Shown: piece by piece, positions 1-9,908 of the stretch
Position numbering within the stretch: position 1 is the stretch's first letter
Layout: each line of letters opens with the position of its first letter
Virus record (IMG/VR): IMGVR_UViG_3300009095_000004
Coordinates: 1 to 44,951 of that record
DNA length: 44,951 nucleotides
DNA from: a virus
Taxonomy: Duplodnaviria; Caudoviricetes
Strand: one strand, 5' to 3'
Translations under genes and position numbers: made by a program
The notes under the pieces: generated by a model
What the model saw: the letters and a program-made list of their open reading frames with translations, nothing else
What the model was told of the DNA's origin: nothing
The model's database searches: none

Positions 1-123
1 AGCGCGCTGTAATAGTCCAGCCGGAACGAATCGATCCGGCCGGATTCCACGCTGGCGAAGCGATCCATCCCGATCGCGTAGCGCGTTCCGGCCACCGTGA
101 GGGGTTTCTGGACGGACATCGTG
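1..123. repeat. Terminal direct repeat, left copy (circular assembly overlap)
   Basis: nt 1-123 are identical to 44829-44951, and one reading frame runs through the junction. Confidence 0.95.
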
Positions 124-839
124 TCCCCGTTGTCGCCATCCCACTGGGCCCGGCAGATACCGGACGCGAAACTGATCGACAGCGTTCCGGAATGGAACGT
201 CGAATCGGTTCTGTCGCTCTCGGCCGCGATGTCCAGGACCAGGTTGCCGTTCACAAACTGCAACAGCCGCAGGCGGCCGAAGTACGAGCCGGACCGGCGT
301 TCCCGGTAGATGGACGCAATGACCGAGTTCGTGGTCCCGCCCGGGCTGGAATCATCCATGCCGCCGTAGATCCCGTGCAAGGTATGAGTGCCCACGGCCA
401 CAATGGCGGTCGGAATGCGGATGGACGCCGAATGCGGCTGGGCGCCATCCACGTTCTTATCGTCCAGCAGCGCGCCATACAGCCCCGATGTCGGCGAGTT
501 GGCATAGCCGCCGCCGACCGTCAGCGGCCCCGCCATCCACAGAGGCGTGCTCCAGTCAGCCGACAGCGAGCTGCCGTCGAACGGGTCGACGAACGTCTGC
601 GCTCTGGTCGAAACGTGCGTCTCGACACTCGCCAGCAGGCGCACGGGCTCACCGCCGCCGAGCTCCGTGCTCCACGCCTTGATCGTTCCCGGGCGCGAGC
701 CGCCACGTGCGCGGCCGCTGATACTGCGACCGCGCACGTTCACGGCTTCCGGCGTGCTGAACGGCGGCTGCTTCGGGAACGCCGCGCGCCGATCCAAGCC
801 GGCGATCGGAAACTGCAACTCGACCATGCGACGGGCCAT
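1..839 (-). CDS. N-terminal part of tail tubular/nozzle protein (T7 gp12 / P22 gp10-like); continues across the junction into 43289-44951, about 792 aa in total
   Basis: ATG at 837-839 (MARRMVELQFPIAGLDRR...) is in frame with the ATG at 117-119 (=44945-44947); the part checked codon by codon has no stop; size and position fit a podovirus nozzle protein. Confidence 0.7.
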   Translation of the reverse strand, partial: MARRMVELQFPIAGLDRRAAFPKQPPFSTPEAVNVRGRSISGRARGGSRPGTIKAWSTELGGGEPVRLLASVETHVSTRAQTFVDPFDGSSLSADWSTPLWMAGPLTVGGGYANSPTSGLYGALLDDKNVDGAQPHSASIRIPTAIVAVGTHTLHGIYGGMDDSSPGGTTNSVIASIYRERRSGSYFGRLRLLQFVNGNLVLDIAAESDRTDSTFHSGTLSISFASGICRAQWDGDNGDTMSVQKPLTVAGTRYAIGMDRFASVESGRIDSFRLDYYSA

Positions 840-842
840 TCA

Positions 843-1220
843 TCACTCCGCGGCAGCGACCAGACCGAGCGCCTGCAACTTCGCCTCCAGCTCGCCCACG
901 CGCGTCTGAAGGTTCAGGATCACCGCCAACACGGTGTTACCCTCGTCCTTCGTCTTGAATCCGAACCCGCCCGAATCGGTCAGGTCCTGGATCGCGTAGT
1001 CCGGCGTGGTCGGCGCGGTGTGCGTGATCGAGGGCAGTGCCGCCGTCAGTGCCGCCGGCTGGACCACCGGCGTCTCGCCGTAGAAGGCGAGCTTTTCGGT
1101 CGGCGCCGTGCCGATCTTCGTGCCCGTGGCCGTGCCCGTGGCGATGTTCACGCCGTCGTCGAGCGTGATATCGCCCGCCTCGATGGCCTCGATCAGTCGT
1201 TTCGTGTTCGCTGCGCCCAT
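843..1220 (-). CDS. Putative virion structural protein (125 aa)
   Basis: AGGAG RBS; Thr/Gly-rich N-terminus (GTATGTKIGT..EKLAFYG), coiled-coil C-terminus; in the structural operon. Confidence 0.6.
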   Translation of the reverse strand: MGAANTKRLIEAIEAGDITLDDGVNIATGTATGTKIGTAPTEKLAFYGETPVVQPAALTAALPSITHTAPTTPDYAIQDLTDSGGFGFKTKDEGNTVLAVILNLQTRVGELEAKLQALGLVAAAE

Positions 1221-1336
1221 GTCGTTCTCCTTTGGGAAAAAGTATCAATCAGAGGGCATCCGGTGGCCCTTACGGTGACGAGGACGAGAAGCCGCTACCC
1301 CCTTTTCGGAGATGCACTACCCTCTATTATGCTCTG

Positions 1337-2035
1337 TTAAGGACTCAGAGCTGTTACAATACCGCTCTGTCCAATTTGCAAGGTCAACCCACCAAGGCAA
1401 GCGGGATTGCCAGTCACTTGCCATGTCTCACCGAGTACCGAAAAAGCGTATTCGCAAGAGATAGAGTTTGTACCATCTCGTGCGTAGTTTTCCGGGTTCT
1501 GTCCGTTAATTTGCAACCCATCAGCCCCTCCGGGCAACCCCTCCTGTACGGTGACATTTTCCGAAAATATCCAAAGAGCCATGTTGCCGCCCACATCGGC
1601 CACGGCTGACACGATCAAGTCTGGCTCTGCGGGGGATGAATCAATAAACGTACACGGTACATCAACTTTCAGTTGCAAACCGTTAACAAACGGTATCGCA
1701 AAAAATCCACCCTCAGGGTGAGCCACCACACGGGCAGCGTCAGGTTTTTCGTGCACGTCGTAGATCATGTAAGCTACGTTATCCGCTATCTCGTCGAAGG
1801 ATACTGGGCTTATCCATCCTTGATCGGGCGTACGAAGCTGTAGGCCCCAGTAGTCCGAGATGTCGAGAGATGGCTGGTCGCCGACTTCGTGCGTGAATAC
1901 CCACTCTGCCCACCCCTCGCCGAGGTAAATCACCTCGACGACCTCGACCATCTCTGGTTCGGGCTCAGGCTTTGCCGCGCGTGCTGGGATGCTGATCGCG
2001 CCCTTCGTCACCGACGTGCCCGGAAACCAGATCAT
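1337..2035 (-). CDS. Hypothetical virion-associated protein with two similar beta-rich modules
   Basis: Start MIWFPG coupled (TGATG) to the upstream stop; visibly lower GC than neighbours. Confidence 0.55.
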   Translation of the reverse strand: MIWFPGTSVTKGAISIPARAAKPEPEPEMVEVVEVIYLGEGWAEWVFTHEVGDQPSLDISDYWGLQLRTPDQGWISPVSFDEIADNVAYMIYDVHEKPDAARVVAHPEGGFFAIPFVNGLQLKVDVPCTFIDSSPAEPDLIVSAVADVGGNMALWIFSENVTVQEGLPGGADGLQINGQNPENYARDGTNSISCEYAFSVLGETWQVTGNPACLGGLTLQIGQSGIVTALSP

Positions 2036-3423
2036 CAGAGGTCCTTCCTGCTCTCCATCCAGTCGAGGACCGCATCCATCTGCGTGTCGTCCAGCGCGCC
2101 GGAGTACACCACGAGGTCCGCGATCGTCATGGGCGCGTTGCCCGACGCCTGCCCGATGGCGAGCTTCGCGTGGGCATTGGGCACGCCGTTGGCGTGCCAC
2201 ACGGGGTAGTCGTACTCCGTACCGTCCGAGAGCCTGCGCGTGAGGGGGTAGATGTTCCCGACGCCGCATCGCAGGATCAGCGCCCACCGCTCGGGAATGC
2301 CGTTCACAATGGAGAACTGCGTATCGTTCTGGAGCACGCCGCCGCGGAACACTTCCGCGATCGTGTCGGTCTGCGTGTTGTAAATCCGCAGGCCGTCGTC
2401 GCCCTCGTCATCGCGCGTATCAAGAATCGTCTGCTCGGCCGCCAGACCTTGCGGGACCGGCCACGTTGGCACTACGCGGAACGCGATCGTGAAGTCTGAC
2501 GTACCCAGGTCCGCCCCGCTCCACGCGATCTGATCGGCGGCGCGGGTGTTCGCCGTCGCGCCAGTATTGATGATCGGACTCGTCGGCCCGTCGCCAACCT
2601 CGCACTGCGCGTGATGCACCACCAGTCCGGCCGACGTCGAGCCCTCGAAGCTTTCCGTGCTCGAGTCGACCACGCTGTAGATGGCCAGATGCTCGGTCGC
2701 TACGGACGTGGCCGTGACGACGAAGTAGCAGAACCACAAGCCGCCGCCGAGGTCGTGGATGCCGTGCAGCATCGTCGCCGGGCCGGTGGTCTTGGTGCTC
2801 GTCCCGCTAAGCAGGTCGTAGAACACGTCCACCTGCGCACCGAACCCGCTGCTGCTGGCTGTCTTGAGCCGCGCGTGCCGCTGGTTGGCGCCGGAGCCGA
2901 TCGACGACAGCACTGCGTAGAACGTGTACCGCGCCCCGTTGGTGGTCGTGCCGATCGTGCGCTGGCGATGGTGCGTGCCGTTCCCGGTCGTCTCGATGAT
3001 GTTGCGGGCCACCTGAATCGAGCCCAGCCATGACGACAGGGATGATACGGCCGTGAGTGAGCTGTTCGTCCCCGTCCACGTGAACGTCGTCATGGGGGTC
3101 GACGGCGCAATCAGATTCGTGCGTTCCGGCTCAATCACCGCGCCGTTGTGCGCCGGCGTGATCGGCAGCCCGCGGCCGATGCGCAGCTGGTTCGCCTGGG
3201 CCTGTTGCGGGACGCCGTCCGCATCGAAGTAGATCGCGCCTTCCTGCACGACCTGTGTGATCAGGTCGTGATTGCCGCTCGCCGAAAACTCGGCCTTGCC
3301 GCTCTTCGTGCACGAGGCCCAGAACGCGAACGGAACATCGCCCGGCGGCGGATCGACCAGGCCACGCGCAGCGCCCGGCACGTTCACCGCCCCGCGATAC
3401 AGATTGGAAGGGTAATAGATCAT
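2035..3423 (-). CDS. Head/tail fibre-like protein with carbohydrate-binding/LamG-like domains (462 aa)
   Basis: IEPERTNLI and QCEVGDGPTSPI..TRAAD motifs typical of phage fibre CBM-like domains; C-terminal 'LAIG...IADLVVYSGALDD' is LamG-like. Confidence 0.65.
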   Translation of the reverse strand: MIYYPSNLYRGAVNVPGAARGLVDPPPGDVPFAFWASCTKSGKAEFSASGNHDLITQVVQEGAIYFDADGVPQQAQANQLRIGRGLPITPAHNGAVIEPERTNLIAPSTPMTTFTWTGTNSSLTAVSSLSSWLGSIQVARNIIETTGNGTHHRQRTIGTTTNGARYTFYAVLSSIGSGANQRHARLKTASSSGFGAQVDVFYDLLSGTSTKTTGPATMLHGIHDLGGGLWFCYFVVTATSVATEHLAIYSVVDSSTESFEGSTSAGLVVHHAQCEVGDGPTSPIINTGATANTRAADQIAWSGADLGTSDFTIAFRVVPTWPVPQGLAAEQTILDTRDDEGDDGLRIYNTQTDTIAEVFRGGVLQNDTQFSIVNGIPERWALILRCGVGNIYPLTRRLSDGTEYDYPVWHANGVPNAHAKLAIGQASGNAPMTIADLVVYSGALDDTQMDAVLDWMESRKDL

Positions 3424-3677
3424 CAGCCGTTTCCGAGGATCATGAGCACCTGAAGGACCGCGCTCGTGCCGCTGAAGTACAGCGTGCGGCCGCGCATATC
3501 CATGTCCTCGAACGCGATGCCCGGCGCGTCCGCATCGAGCGTGTACGTATCACCGCCCGGCGCCGAAGCCACCGTGATATCCGCGTCCTTCGCCCGCAGC
3601 GCCACCGCCCGAACGTTGTCGGGAAACGTGTACGCCACGTTGTTTGCATTCACAACAAGGTTGTCGATATCGACCAT
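3423..3677 (-). CDS. Small beta-rich structural protein
   Basis: GAGG RBS; translationally coupled between adaptor and fibre genes. Confidence 0.55.
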   Translation of the reverse strand: MVDIDNLVVNANNVAYTFPDNVRAVALRAKDADITVASAPGGDTYTLDADAPGIAFEDMDMRGRTLYFSGTSAVLQVLMILGNG

Positions 3678-3678
3678 G

Positions 3679-4419
3679 TTATTCCTCAACTTCCAGCGTC
3701 AGGCTCGGTCGCAGCGTCCGAATCCGACGCCCGAGCCGGCCGTTGCCCATGCGACCCAGCGAGCGCGGTGCGTATGCCCGCGCGTCGTAGGCGATGCTCT
3801 GCTCCAGCAGCCGCGTGTAGTCGGCCGTGTACATTCCGATCGTGTCGTTGTCGCGCATCTCCGCTTCGGCCAAGCACGCCGCACGAATCGTCTGCGAATG
3901 AGCCGAACCGCCCAGCGCGTACTGCGCCGCGTCAGCCAGCGCGTCCGGCAGAATCCGGTACTTGTAGGTCAGCACGTACTCCGCATCGGGAACCGGCCAG
4001 AAGATGATTTCGTTCTTCTGCCCAGCCGTGCCCGCCGACGTTTTCGGCTGGAGCGCCGCGATCATCGGCACGCCGCCGGTCATCGACTCCTGCCAGTGCC
4101 GATGAACCGTCTCAGCATCCACCGTGCGAATTTCCGGGTAGCCGCTTTCAGACGGGAAGAAGAGCGGACCTTCGATGTACCCCGCGCCGTCGGGAAGGTC
4201 GTAGCTCGCCGTCGACGCCGCCGTGGTGAGGGTCGTCCAGACCTTAAGGAAACCCCACTCCCGCGCGCCATAGAACCGCGCCAGTCCGTCACGAATGCGA
4301 CGATCCACGATCGTCTTTTCGTCCGCGGCCAGATCGTCGTACGCGGTGTTGCCGTAGAGGTAATGGGCCACCTCGTCGCGAATATTGGTGAGCGTCAGCG
4401 TCAGTGTCGGCTCGGCCAT
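3679..4419 (-). CDS. Head-tail adaptor / tail tubular protein A-like (246 aa)
   Basis: 'WGFL...YDLPDG...IIFWPVPDAEYVLTYKY' pattern of podovirus adaptors; lies after the capsid genes. Confidence 0.7.
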   Translation of the reverse strand: MAEPTLTLTLTNIRDEVAHYLYGNTAYDDLAADEKTIVDRRIRDGLARFYGAREWGFLKVWTTLTTAASTASYDLPDGAGYIEGPLFFPSESGYPEIRTVDAETVHRHWQESMTGGVPMIAALQPKTSAGTAGQKNEIIFWPVPDAEYVLTYKYRILPDALADAAQYALGGSAHSQTIRAACLAEAEMRDNDTIGMYTADYTRLLEQSIAYDARAYAPRSLGRMGNGRLGRRIRTLRPSLTLEVEE

Positions 4420-4443
4420 GTCGGGGTACTCGCTGTGTCACAA

Positions 4444-4479
4444 GGAGGGGGGCCGGAATACAAACCCGGCCCACCCTCC
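4444..4479 (-). terminator. Stem-loop after the capsid operon (possible terminator or processing site)
   Basis: Inverted repeat GGAGGG.GGCCGG ... CCGGCC.ACCCTCC; only a weak U tail. Confidence 0.4.
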
Positions 4480-4497
4480 CGCACCGGAACACAAGGA

Positions 4498-5304
4498 TCA
4501 GAGGAGCTGTGCGACCCGCACCCACTGGAACGTGGCGCTGCCCGGGTCCGTGCCCGTAGCGTTGAGCACGGCGAACACGGGCGACAGCGTGACATCGTTC
4601 GGGAAGTCGGTCCCCGCCGCCGACGGGATGACCTTGGAATCCGGCAGGAGCACGCCGTCCTTGAAGAAGAACAGCGTCGTACCGTCGAAGTACATCCCGA
4701 GCTTCACATACGTGTCAGCGGCCAGCGCGATCGCGTCGGCCTTGACCGTCACCTGAGTGACGCCGTTCGCCTTGTACACCGTGTCGATGGCGTCCCCGTC
4801 GCCCTCGAGGCGATGGAAGCCGACCAGGTTCTGGTCGGCCAGCGTGCCGTCCGCCGCGATGGGCACGGTCGCGCTCGGCGTGATCGCGTTGATCATGCCC
4901 ACGAAAATGCCGTGCTTGGTGTTGGCCACCGTGCTCGACTTCACTCGCGCCTCGAACCAGAACGGCTTGCCGCCGTACGCGATCTTGAAGAGCGGCAGCC
5001 ACCGCGTCAGCACGACGCCCTCATCGTCGCCGTCCGCCGACACCGTGATGCCGCCGCCGGGAACGCTGGCGCTGGCCGCAGTGATCGAGCCGCCCTGCGA
5101 GATGAAGGTGCTCCACGGGCCGTTCTTCTCCGTCACCGTGCTGCTGCTCGCCGAGGCGTGCGGCCCGAGCGCGTCGAACCGATCGAAAATGTGGATGATC
5201 CGACCCGGACGCGAATCGATCTCCGACTGAGGCAGGTTGCCCCAGATGCGCGGGCTCGGCCCGTCCTGGTCGTTGTATCCCTGATACTCGAGAATGTGAG
5301 ACAT
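4498..5304 (-). CDS. Putative capsid decoration / minor capsid protein (268 aa)
   Basis: Directly follows the major capsid gene; beta-sandwich-like composition. Confidence 0.5.
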   Translation of the reverse strand: MSHILEYQGYNDQDGPSPRIWGNLPQSEIDSRPGRIIHIFDRFDALGPHASASSSTVTEKNGPWSTFISQGGSITAASASVPGGGITVSADGDDEGVVLTRWLPLFKIAYGGKPFWFEARVKSSTVANTKHGIFVGMINAITPSATVPIAADGTLADQNLVGFHRLEGDGDAIDTVYKANGVTQVTVKADAIALAADTYVKLGMYFDGTTLFFFKDGVLLPDSKVIPSAAGTDFPNDVTLSPVFAVLNATGTDPGSATFQWVRVAQLL

Positions 5305-5378
5305 CGTTCAAATCTCCGTATGCTTCTTTCCGCTTCCCCTGGTCGTATCACTCGAACACGATTTCACTCCCGTGCGGA

Positions 5379-6407
5379 TCAGGCTTCGTAGAGCACGAAG
5401 TTGTGGCGACGGTTCATGCACATGTAGTTGTACGTGGTGTCGTTGTAGACCACGCGGGCGCGATGGTTGGTCGGAACCACCATCTGGCCGCTGTCGCGGA
5501 AGAACGCACCCTGGAGCGTCACCACCTTGAAGGTGTTGTGATTGATCCCGTAGATCGGGTTCTGGGGGTCGCTGTCGAGCGGGTTGGCCCGCATCAGCGC
5601 GTTGCCGCGCACCGTGGTCTGGCCGTCCATCGCGGCGAGGTCGGCGCCCAGGTTCTCGTTCTGCGCCCGGGCCAGGTCCTCGATCGCCAGCTTCGTTTCG
5701 AGGTTGGTGTACAGGCGCCAGCTCTTGCCCTTCATCCCGTAGAACTCGTCCTTGCCGATCGGGCTCTTGAACGCCGTCTGATCCATCGCCTTCCGCAGTT
5801 TGCGAATCAGGTCGCTGGCGCTAATGGCTGTGTACGTGCCCGTGTAGTTTTTGAAGTTGGGATGCTCGTCGAGGTCGAGCCCGGCGATCGTGGTGTGATC
5901 TGCCGGCAGACCGCCGTTGAAGCCCTCGACGGGGTTTTTCACGATCCAGTACGGCACGCCGTACGGATCGACCTTGTTCGCGGCGACGGGGCACGCCCAC
6001 GCCTTGATCTCGAGCACTTCGGCCGTCCTGATCTTCGATGCGTCGCGCCGCGCGCTCAGCAGATCGACGATCTCGCTCTCGCCCGAGTTCATCAGAATCT
6101 CTTCGATGTACCAGGCGTAGTAGCTCTGGAAGTGACGCCACGGAATGGTCATCTTGTCCAGCAGCTTCGCGATCGTCGGGTTGTCCGACTGGTCGATCGT
6201 GATGTGCGCGGCCGAGTCGGGGAGCTGATCCATCAAGCGCATCTCGATGGAGTGCCCGCCCTTCTTCTGCACCTTTTCCTTCGTGAACCACTTGCTCAGG
6301 ATCTCGTAATTCTGAAAGGTCTGAGCCATCTGCGCGAGGTTCCGCTTCGTCAGATGCGGAAGCGTGCTCGCGGTCAAGTCATCAATCTGCTCAACAGTCA
6401 AAGGCAT
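5379..6407 (-). CDS. Major capsid protein (342 aa)
   Basis: Follows the scaffold gene; 'GGHSIEM..W..F....EILMNSGESEIVDLL' and C-terminal 'NYMCMNRRHN' fit HK97-fold MCPs of environmental podoviruses. Confidence 0.8.
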   Translation of the reverse strand: MPLTVEQIDDLTASTLPHLTKRNLAQMAQTFQNYEILSKWFTKEKVQKKGGHSIEMRLMDQLPDSAAHITIDQSDNPTIAKLLDKMTIPWRHFQSYYAWYIEEILMNSGESEIVDLLSARRDASKIRTAEVLEIKAWACPVAANKVDPYGVPYWIVKNPVEGFNGGLPADHTTIAGLDLDEHPNFKNYTGTYTAISASDLIRKLRKAMDQTAFKSPIGKDEFYGMKGKSWRLYTNLETKLAIEDLARAQNENLGADLAAMDGQTTVRGNALMRANPLDSDPQNPIYGINHNTFKVVTLQGAFFRDSGQMVVPTNHRARVVYNDTTYNYMCMNRRHNFVLYEA

Positions 6408-6457
6408 CTCATTGACTCCATATCTGAGCGGAGTGCGTCAGACCGGAGCGCGTCGCC

Positions 6458-7495
6458 TCACCACTCGTCGTCGGCCTCCGGAGCGTCGGTTTTCACGCCG
6501 AACTCCAGGAGCTTGCTGCGAGCGGCCCTGCGGGCATCCTCGAGAGGATCGCCCGTCTCTTTCGGCTTGCGGTGCGTCGGAGGAGAGCTGTCGCCCTTCT
6601 TCCGCTGCGCCACCGCACGCGCGGTCCGCGCCTTCGCGATTTCCAAAACCTTGTCTTGAAACACCGAGCCGATGGCCCGTTTCACCAGCGTCGTCGCGTC
6701 CGGGAGAGCGATCCCCCGGCGCTCGTAGCCCTGCTTGAGCGCGTACGCGGTCTCGACCACCTCCTCGAGCTTCGCCTGCGCCTCCTTCCCTTCGAGCAGC
6801 GACTTGTATTCGTCGCCCATCGACTGGATGGTTTGCGCCGCGAATTGCAGGTCGGCCACTCGGGTCTGCGCCTGCAACTGCTGAGTGATGAACTGATACC
6901 CCTGACGCAGCGCATCGAGCTCCTTGCGATCCGCCTCCCGCTGTGAAGCGAACTGCGAATGCAGGTTCTTGAACGCCGTAATCACCTCGGGGTCCAGGTC
7001 GTCCGGCAGACCCAGCTCCTTCGGGTTGAACTCGGCGTTCGGCGCGGGCGTCTGCTGCGCCGATGCGTTCGGGGCAGTGCTGCTCGGCGTTGTGGCCTGC
7101 TGCGTCGTCTCGGACGACTGCTGGCGGGCTACGCCGATCACGGCGCGATCGAACGCGATCAGGGCTTTCTGAAGATTGACCGGACTGCCGAACGCGCGGG
7201 CTTCCTCTTCGGTGAAGCCTGCGGCCTTGGCATGATCCATCAGCGATGCGTCGAACCCGTCGTCGGCCGGCGCCGGTTCGGAACTCGCCTTGGATTCGCC
7301 GCGGGAATCGCCTGCATCCGCGGCTGGCGTATCGTTCGTCGATGCCGCCGGCTTTTCGGGCGCCGGGGCATCGGGAATATCATCCCAATCGGGATCGAGC
7401 CCGCCGGTGCTGCCGTTCGCGTCCGTCTGTGCGGTCGCCGGTGCATCGGTCGGCGGAGTGCTCGGTGCGTCGATCGTGGTCGTTTCGTCGGACAT
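6458..7495 (-). CDS. Capsid scaffolding protein (345 aa)
   Basis: Acidic Ala/Pro-rich disordered N-terminus plus coiled coil, immediately upstream of the MCP. Confidence 0.65.
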   Translation of the reverse strand: MSDETTTIDAPSTPPTDAPATAQTDANGSTGGLDPDWDDIPDAPAPEKPAASTNDTPAADAGDSRGESKASSEPAPADDGFDASLMDHAKAAGFTEEEARAFGSPVNLQKALIAFDRAVIGVARQQSSETTQQATTPSSTAPNASAQQTPAPNAEFNPKELGLPDDLDPEVITAFKNLHSQFASQREADRKELDALRQGYQFITQQLQAQTRVADLQFAAQTIQSMGDEYKSLLEGKEAQAKLEEVVETAYALKQGYERRGIALPDATTLVKRAIGSVFQDKVLEIAKARTARAVAQRKKGDSSPPTHRKPKETGDPLEDARRAARSKLLEFGVKTDAPEADDEW

Positions 7496-7517
7496 CGTGT
7501 TCTCCTGTGCTCGGCGC

Positions 7518-7892
7518 TTAGTCGCTGTACCCGCCGTCGAGGTCTACCATCCCCCTCGCTCGCAGGTACGCCCTTCGCTGCCCGCGACTCGTGAACTTGA
7601 CGTCACCGCTGGGCAGCACTTCCGCGTTGACGCCATGCTTCCTGAGATGTTCACGCAGCTCGTTCACCTGGCTCGGGTGCACACCCCCGAAGAAGGACGT
7701 CTGCGGCCAGGTGCCCGGAAGCTGCGTCATCGGCAACTCGTTGCCGGTTTCGATCCGCGGCCGTCCGCACTTGCGCCCGCACGTCGGGCACGGGTGCTTG
7801 GCAAACGTCGCGTCCGAACCCCACTTCACAGTCACGTCGAACGTGCCGTGCTCGGGGCAGTGTCGATCTACAGCCTTCGTGTCGCTCATCAC
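7518..7892 (-). CDS. Zn-ribbon protein (FmdB-like)
   Basis: CPEH...CPTCG motif; such genes are common between portal and scaffold. Confidence 0.55.
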   Translation of the reverse strand: MMSDTKAVDRHCPEHGTFDVTVKWGSDATFAKHPCPTCGRKCGRPRIETGNELPMTQLPGTWPQTSFFGGVHPSQVNELREHLRKHGVNAEVLPSGDVKFTSRGQRRAYLRARGMVDLDGGYSD

Positions 7893-8119
7893 TCCCGCTT
7901 CTCGATGAACCTGTCGAGGCGATCGGCCACCGCTTTCAACCAGCCGACCAGCTCATCGAACCTTCGAACCGTTTCATCCCGTTCCGCCTCGTGGCGCGCT
8001 TCCAGCCGTGCGAGTGATTCGCTGATCGTCACCACGCGAATCAGCGCCCATCCGGCCACGGCCAGCGACGCGGTGCCAAAGAATGCCGTCACCACCTCAA
8101 GCAAACGCCACGGGTCCAT
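7889..8119 (-). CDS. Small membrane protein with coiled coil (possible holin-like)
   Basis: One N-terminal hydrophobic helix followed by a charged helix. Confidence 0.4.
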   Translation of the reverse strand: MDPWRLLEVVTAFFGTASLAVAGWALIRVVTISESLARLEARHEAERDETVRRFDELVGWLKAVADRLDRFIEKRE

Positions 8120-8129
8120 ACTGAGCCCC

Positions 8130-9908
8130 TTAGTCGCCCTGGCCGCCGCGACGGCTCAAGAGCGCCTGCATCAACTCCTGGCGTTCCGCCTCCGGGCTGG
8201 ACGCCTTCACGTTTCGGCGGGTGTAATTCCGGTTGGTGACGGGCGGCTTGCGCATCACGTCGCGCCCTGCCTCCTGCTGATCCTGCGGGGCGTACTTCAC
8301 GATGTCCTTGATCTCTGGCATCTGCTGGTACTGCGACCACAGATCGACGAACTTCTGCCAGTCGAGCACGATGCCCTGCTCCTGCATCAGACCGGCAAGC
8401 GGGATCGCAACGCCCTGAATAAAGCTGTTCATGGCGGCCAGACGCGCGGCCGGAGAAGTGAACTTCATCGAGTACGGGTGAATCTGGATGTTGTAATCCA
8501 TGATGTCGCCCATCTGCCGTTCGGGCGTGTACTCGAACGGAACCTCGATATCCGTGCCGTCCACCTGCTTGCGCAGCGGCAGCCGGATCGCCGGGTCCGT
8601 GAGGATCGTCCACGCGATCGAGCGCATCACGCGCTCGGTGAACCGGAACGTGCGCTCCTGCATGTCCACCACGAGCTTGTTGGCCGCGGCGGCAATCAAT
8701 TCGTCCTGGCCGAGCGTCGGCGACTGCGGGCCCAGCCCGGCCAGCACTTCGATGTTGCCATGGAGCTTGTTGAACAGGCTGTCGCAGTAGGTCGTGAACG
8801 CGAGCGTGTTGTTGTCCACGCCGCCGAACGACAACTGAACGGTCGAGCCGGGGTTGTCCGAGACGACGAACTCGCCGTCGCGGGCCTCGAGCACCTGCTT
8901 GCCGTCCTCGACGCTGCGCGCGTTGGTGACGCCCACCTGCTTCTGCCGGAGCGCCTGATCGCCCAGCTTCAGGAACAGCTCGTTCATCAGCTTGTGCAGG
9001 TCGGCCCACTGCAAAGCGGGCGGGAGCGGAAGGAGCTGACCGGGAACCTTGTTGTAGTACAGAATATGGTACGGGCCGTCGGGATGCCCGATGTACGGCT
9101 CATCGCGGAGCGGGGGCAGGTTCTTGTCGAACTCCCGCGAAACGGTAATCATCCGCTTCTGCCGCGGCAGGTACAGGTCGCACAGCTCCACGTAGTCATA
9201 GAACTCGTCCGGCTCGCTGCCGCCGCCGCGCGACACTTCAGACGCCTTTTCCTCGCCCGACTTGTTGTGCGATTCCCGATCCGATCGCGTGAGGCGCTTG
9301 ACCACGCTCTGGTCGTAATCGTCGTTGTCCTTCAGGTCCTCGAGCGGCAGGCGGTAGAAGTTGCCGATGAACTCGATCTCTTCCCACCGCTTCGCGTAGA
9401 AGTCGAACACCAGATCGTCGAGGTCGACCGTGCAGGCGTACGGATACGATCCGCCCTCAAAGCCGTTGATCCGGTAATTCTCCGACGACGTGCGGCCGAT
9501 CTTCACCACGGCCATGCCCACGAGTGCGTCCATCACCGCATCCTCGAGCACCTGGCCGAGGTTCATGCGTTCGCACACATCGTTGAGCGCCACTTCGAGG
9601 TCTGCCGCTCCGCTCTTGAGCGCCGTCGAGCGCGTCGTCACGATTCCCTGCGGATTCTTCGGCGCGAGATACCGGGAGTAGACGTAGAGCGCGAACCGAA
9701 TCTTGTTCAGGTGGACGGGCTCGAGCGTCCCGTTCTTCGAGTAGCTGTCGCCGACGATCTGCTTGATGATCTCGGTGCGGCGCTCGCGGAACGTGCTCAT
9801 GCCCTCATAGGCCACCTCCACCGCGCGGTAGAGACGCGTCATCGACCCACTCGCGTTTTCGCGTTCGGACTTCCGGGGTTCAGTCGTGTACTCCATCACA
9901 TCAGGCAT
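8130..9908 (-). CDS. Portal protein (P22-like, about 590 aa)
   Basis: Size; position after the terminase; helical composition with DALVGMAVVKIG and ELCDLY motifs; start at MPDV chosen. Confidence 0.8.
   Translation of the reverse strand: MPDVMEYTTEPRKSERENASGSMTRLYRAVEVAYEGMSTFRERRTEIIKQIVGDSYSKNGTLEPVHLNKIRFALYVYSRYLAPKNPQGIVTTRSTALKSGAADLEVALNDVCERMNLGQVLEDAVMDALVGMAVVKIGRTSSENYRINGFEGGSYPYACTVDLDDLVFDFYAKRWEEIEFIGNFYRLPLEDLKDNDDYDQSVVKRLTRSDRESHNKSGEEKASEVSRGGGSEPDEFYDYVELCDLYLPRQKRMITVSREFDKNLPPLRDEPYIGHPDGPYHILYYNKVPGQLLPLPPALQWADLHKLMNELFLKLGDQALRQKQVGVTNARSVEDGKQVLEARDGEFVVSDNPGSTVQLSFGGVDNNTLAFTTYCDSLFNKLHGNIEVLAGLGPQSPTLGQDELIAAAANKLVVDMQERTFRFTERVMRSIAWTILTDPAIRLPLRKQVDGTDIEVPFEYTPERQMGDIMDYNIQIHPYSMKFTSPAARLAAMNSFIQGVAIPLAGLMQEQGIVLDWQKFVDLWSQYQQMPEIKDIVKYAPQDQQEAGRDVMRKPPVTNRNYTRRNVKASSPEAERQELMQALLSRRGGQGD

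Noticed and set aside
1-123. Biological terminal repeat
   Set aside because: It falls mid-gene and is better explained as assembler overlap; real ends more likely lie near 14-15 kb
1337-3423. Diversity-generating retroelement acting on the fibre genes
   Set aside because: No reverse transcriptase and no template/variable repeat pair noticed
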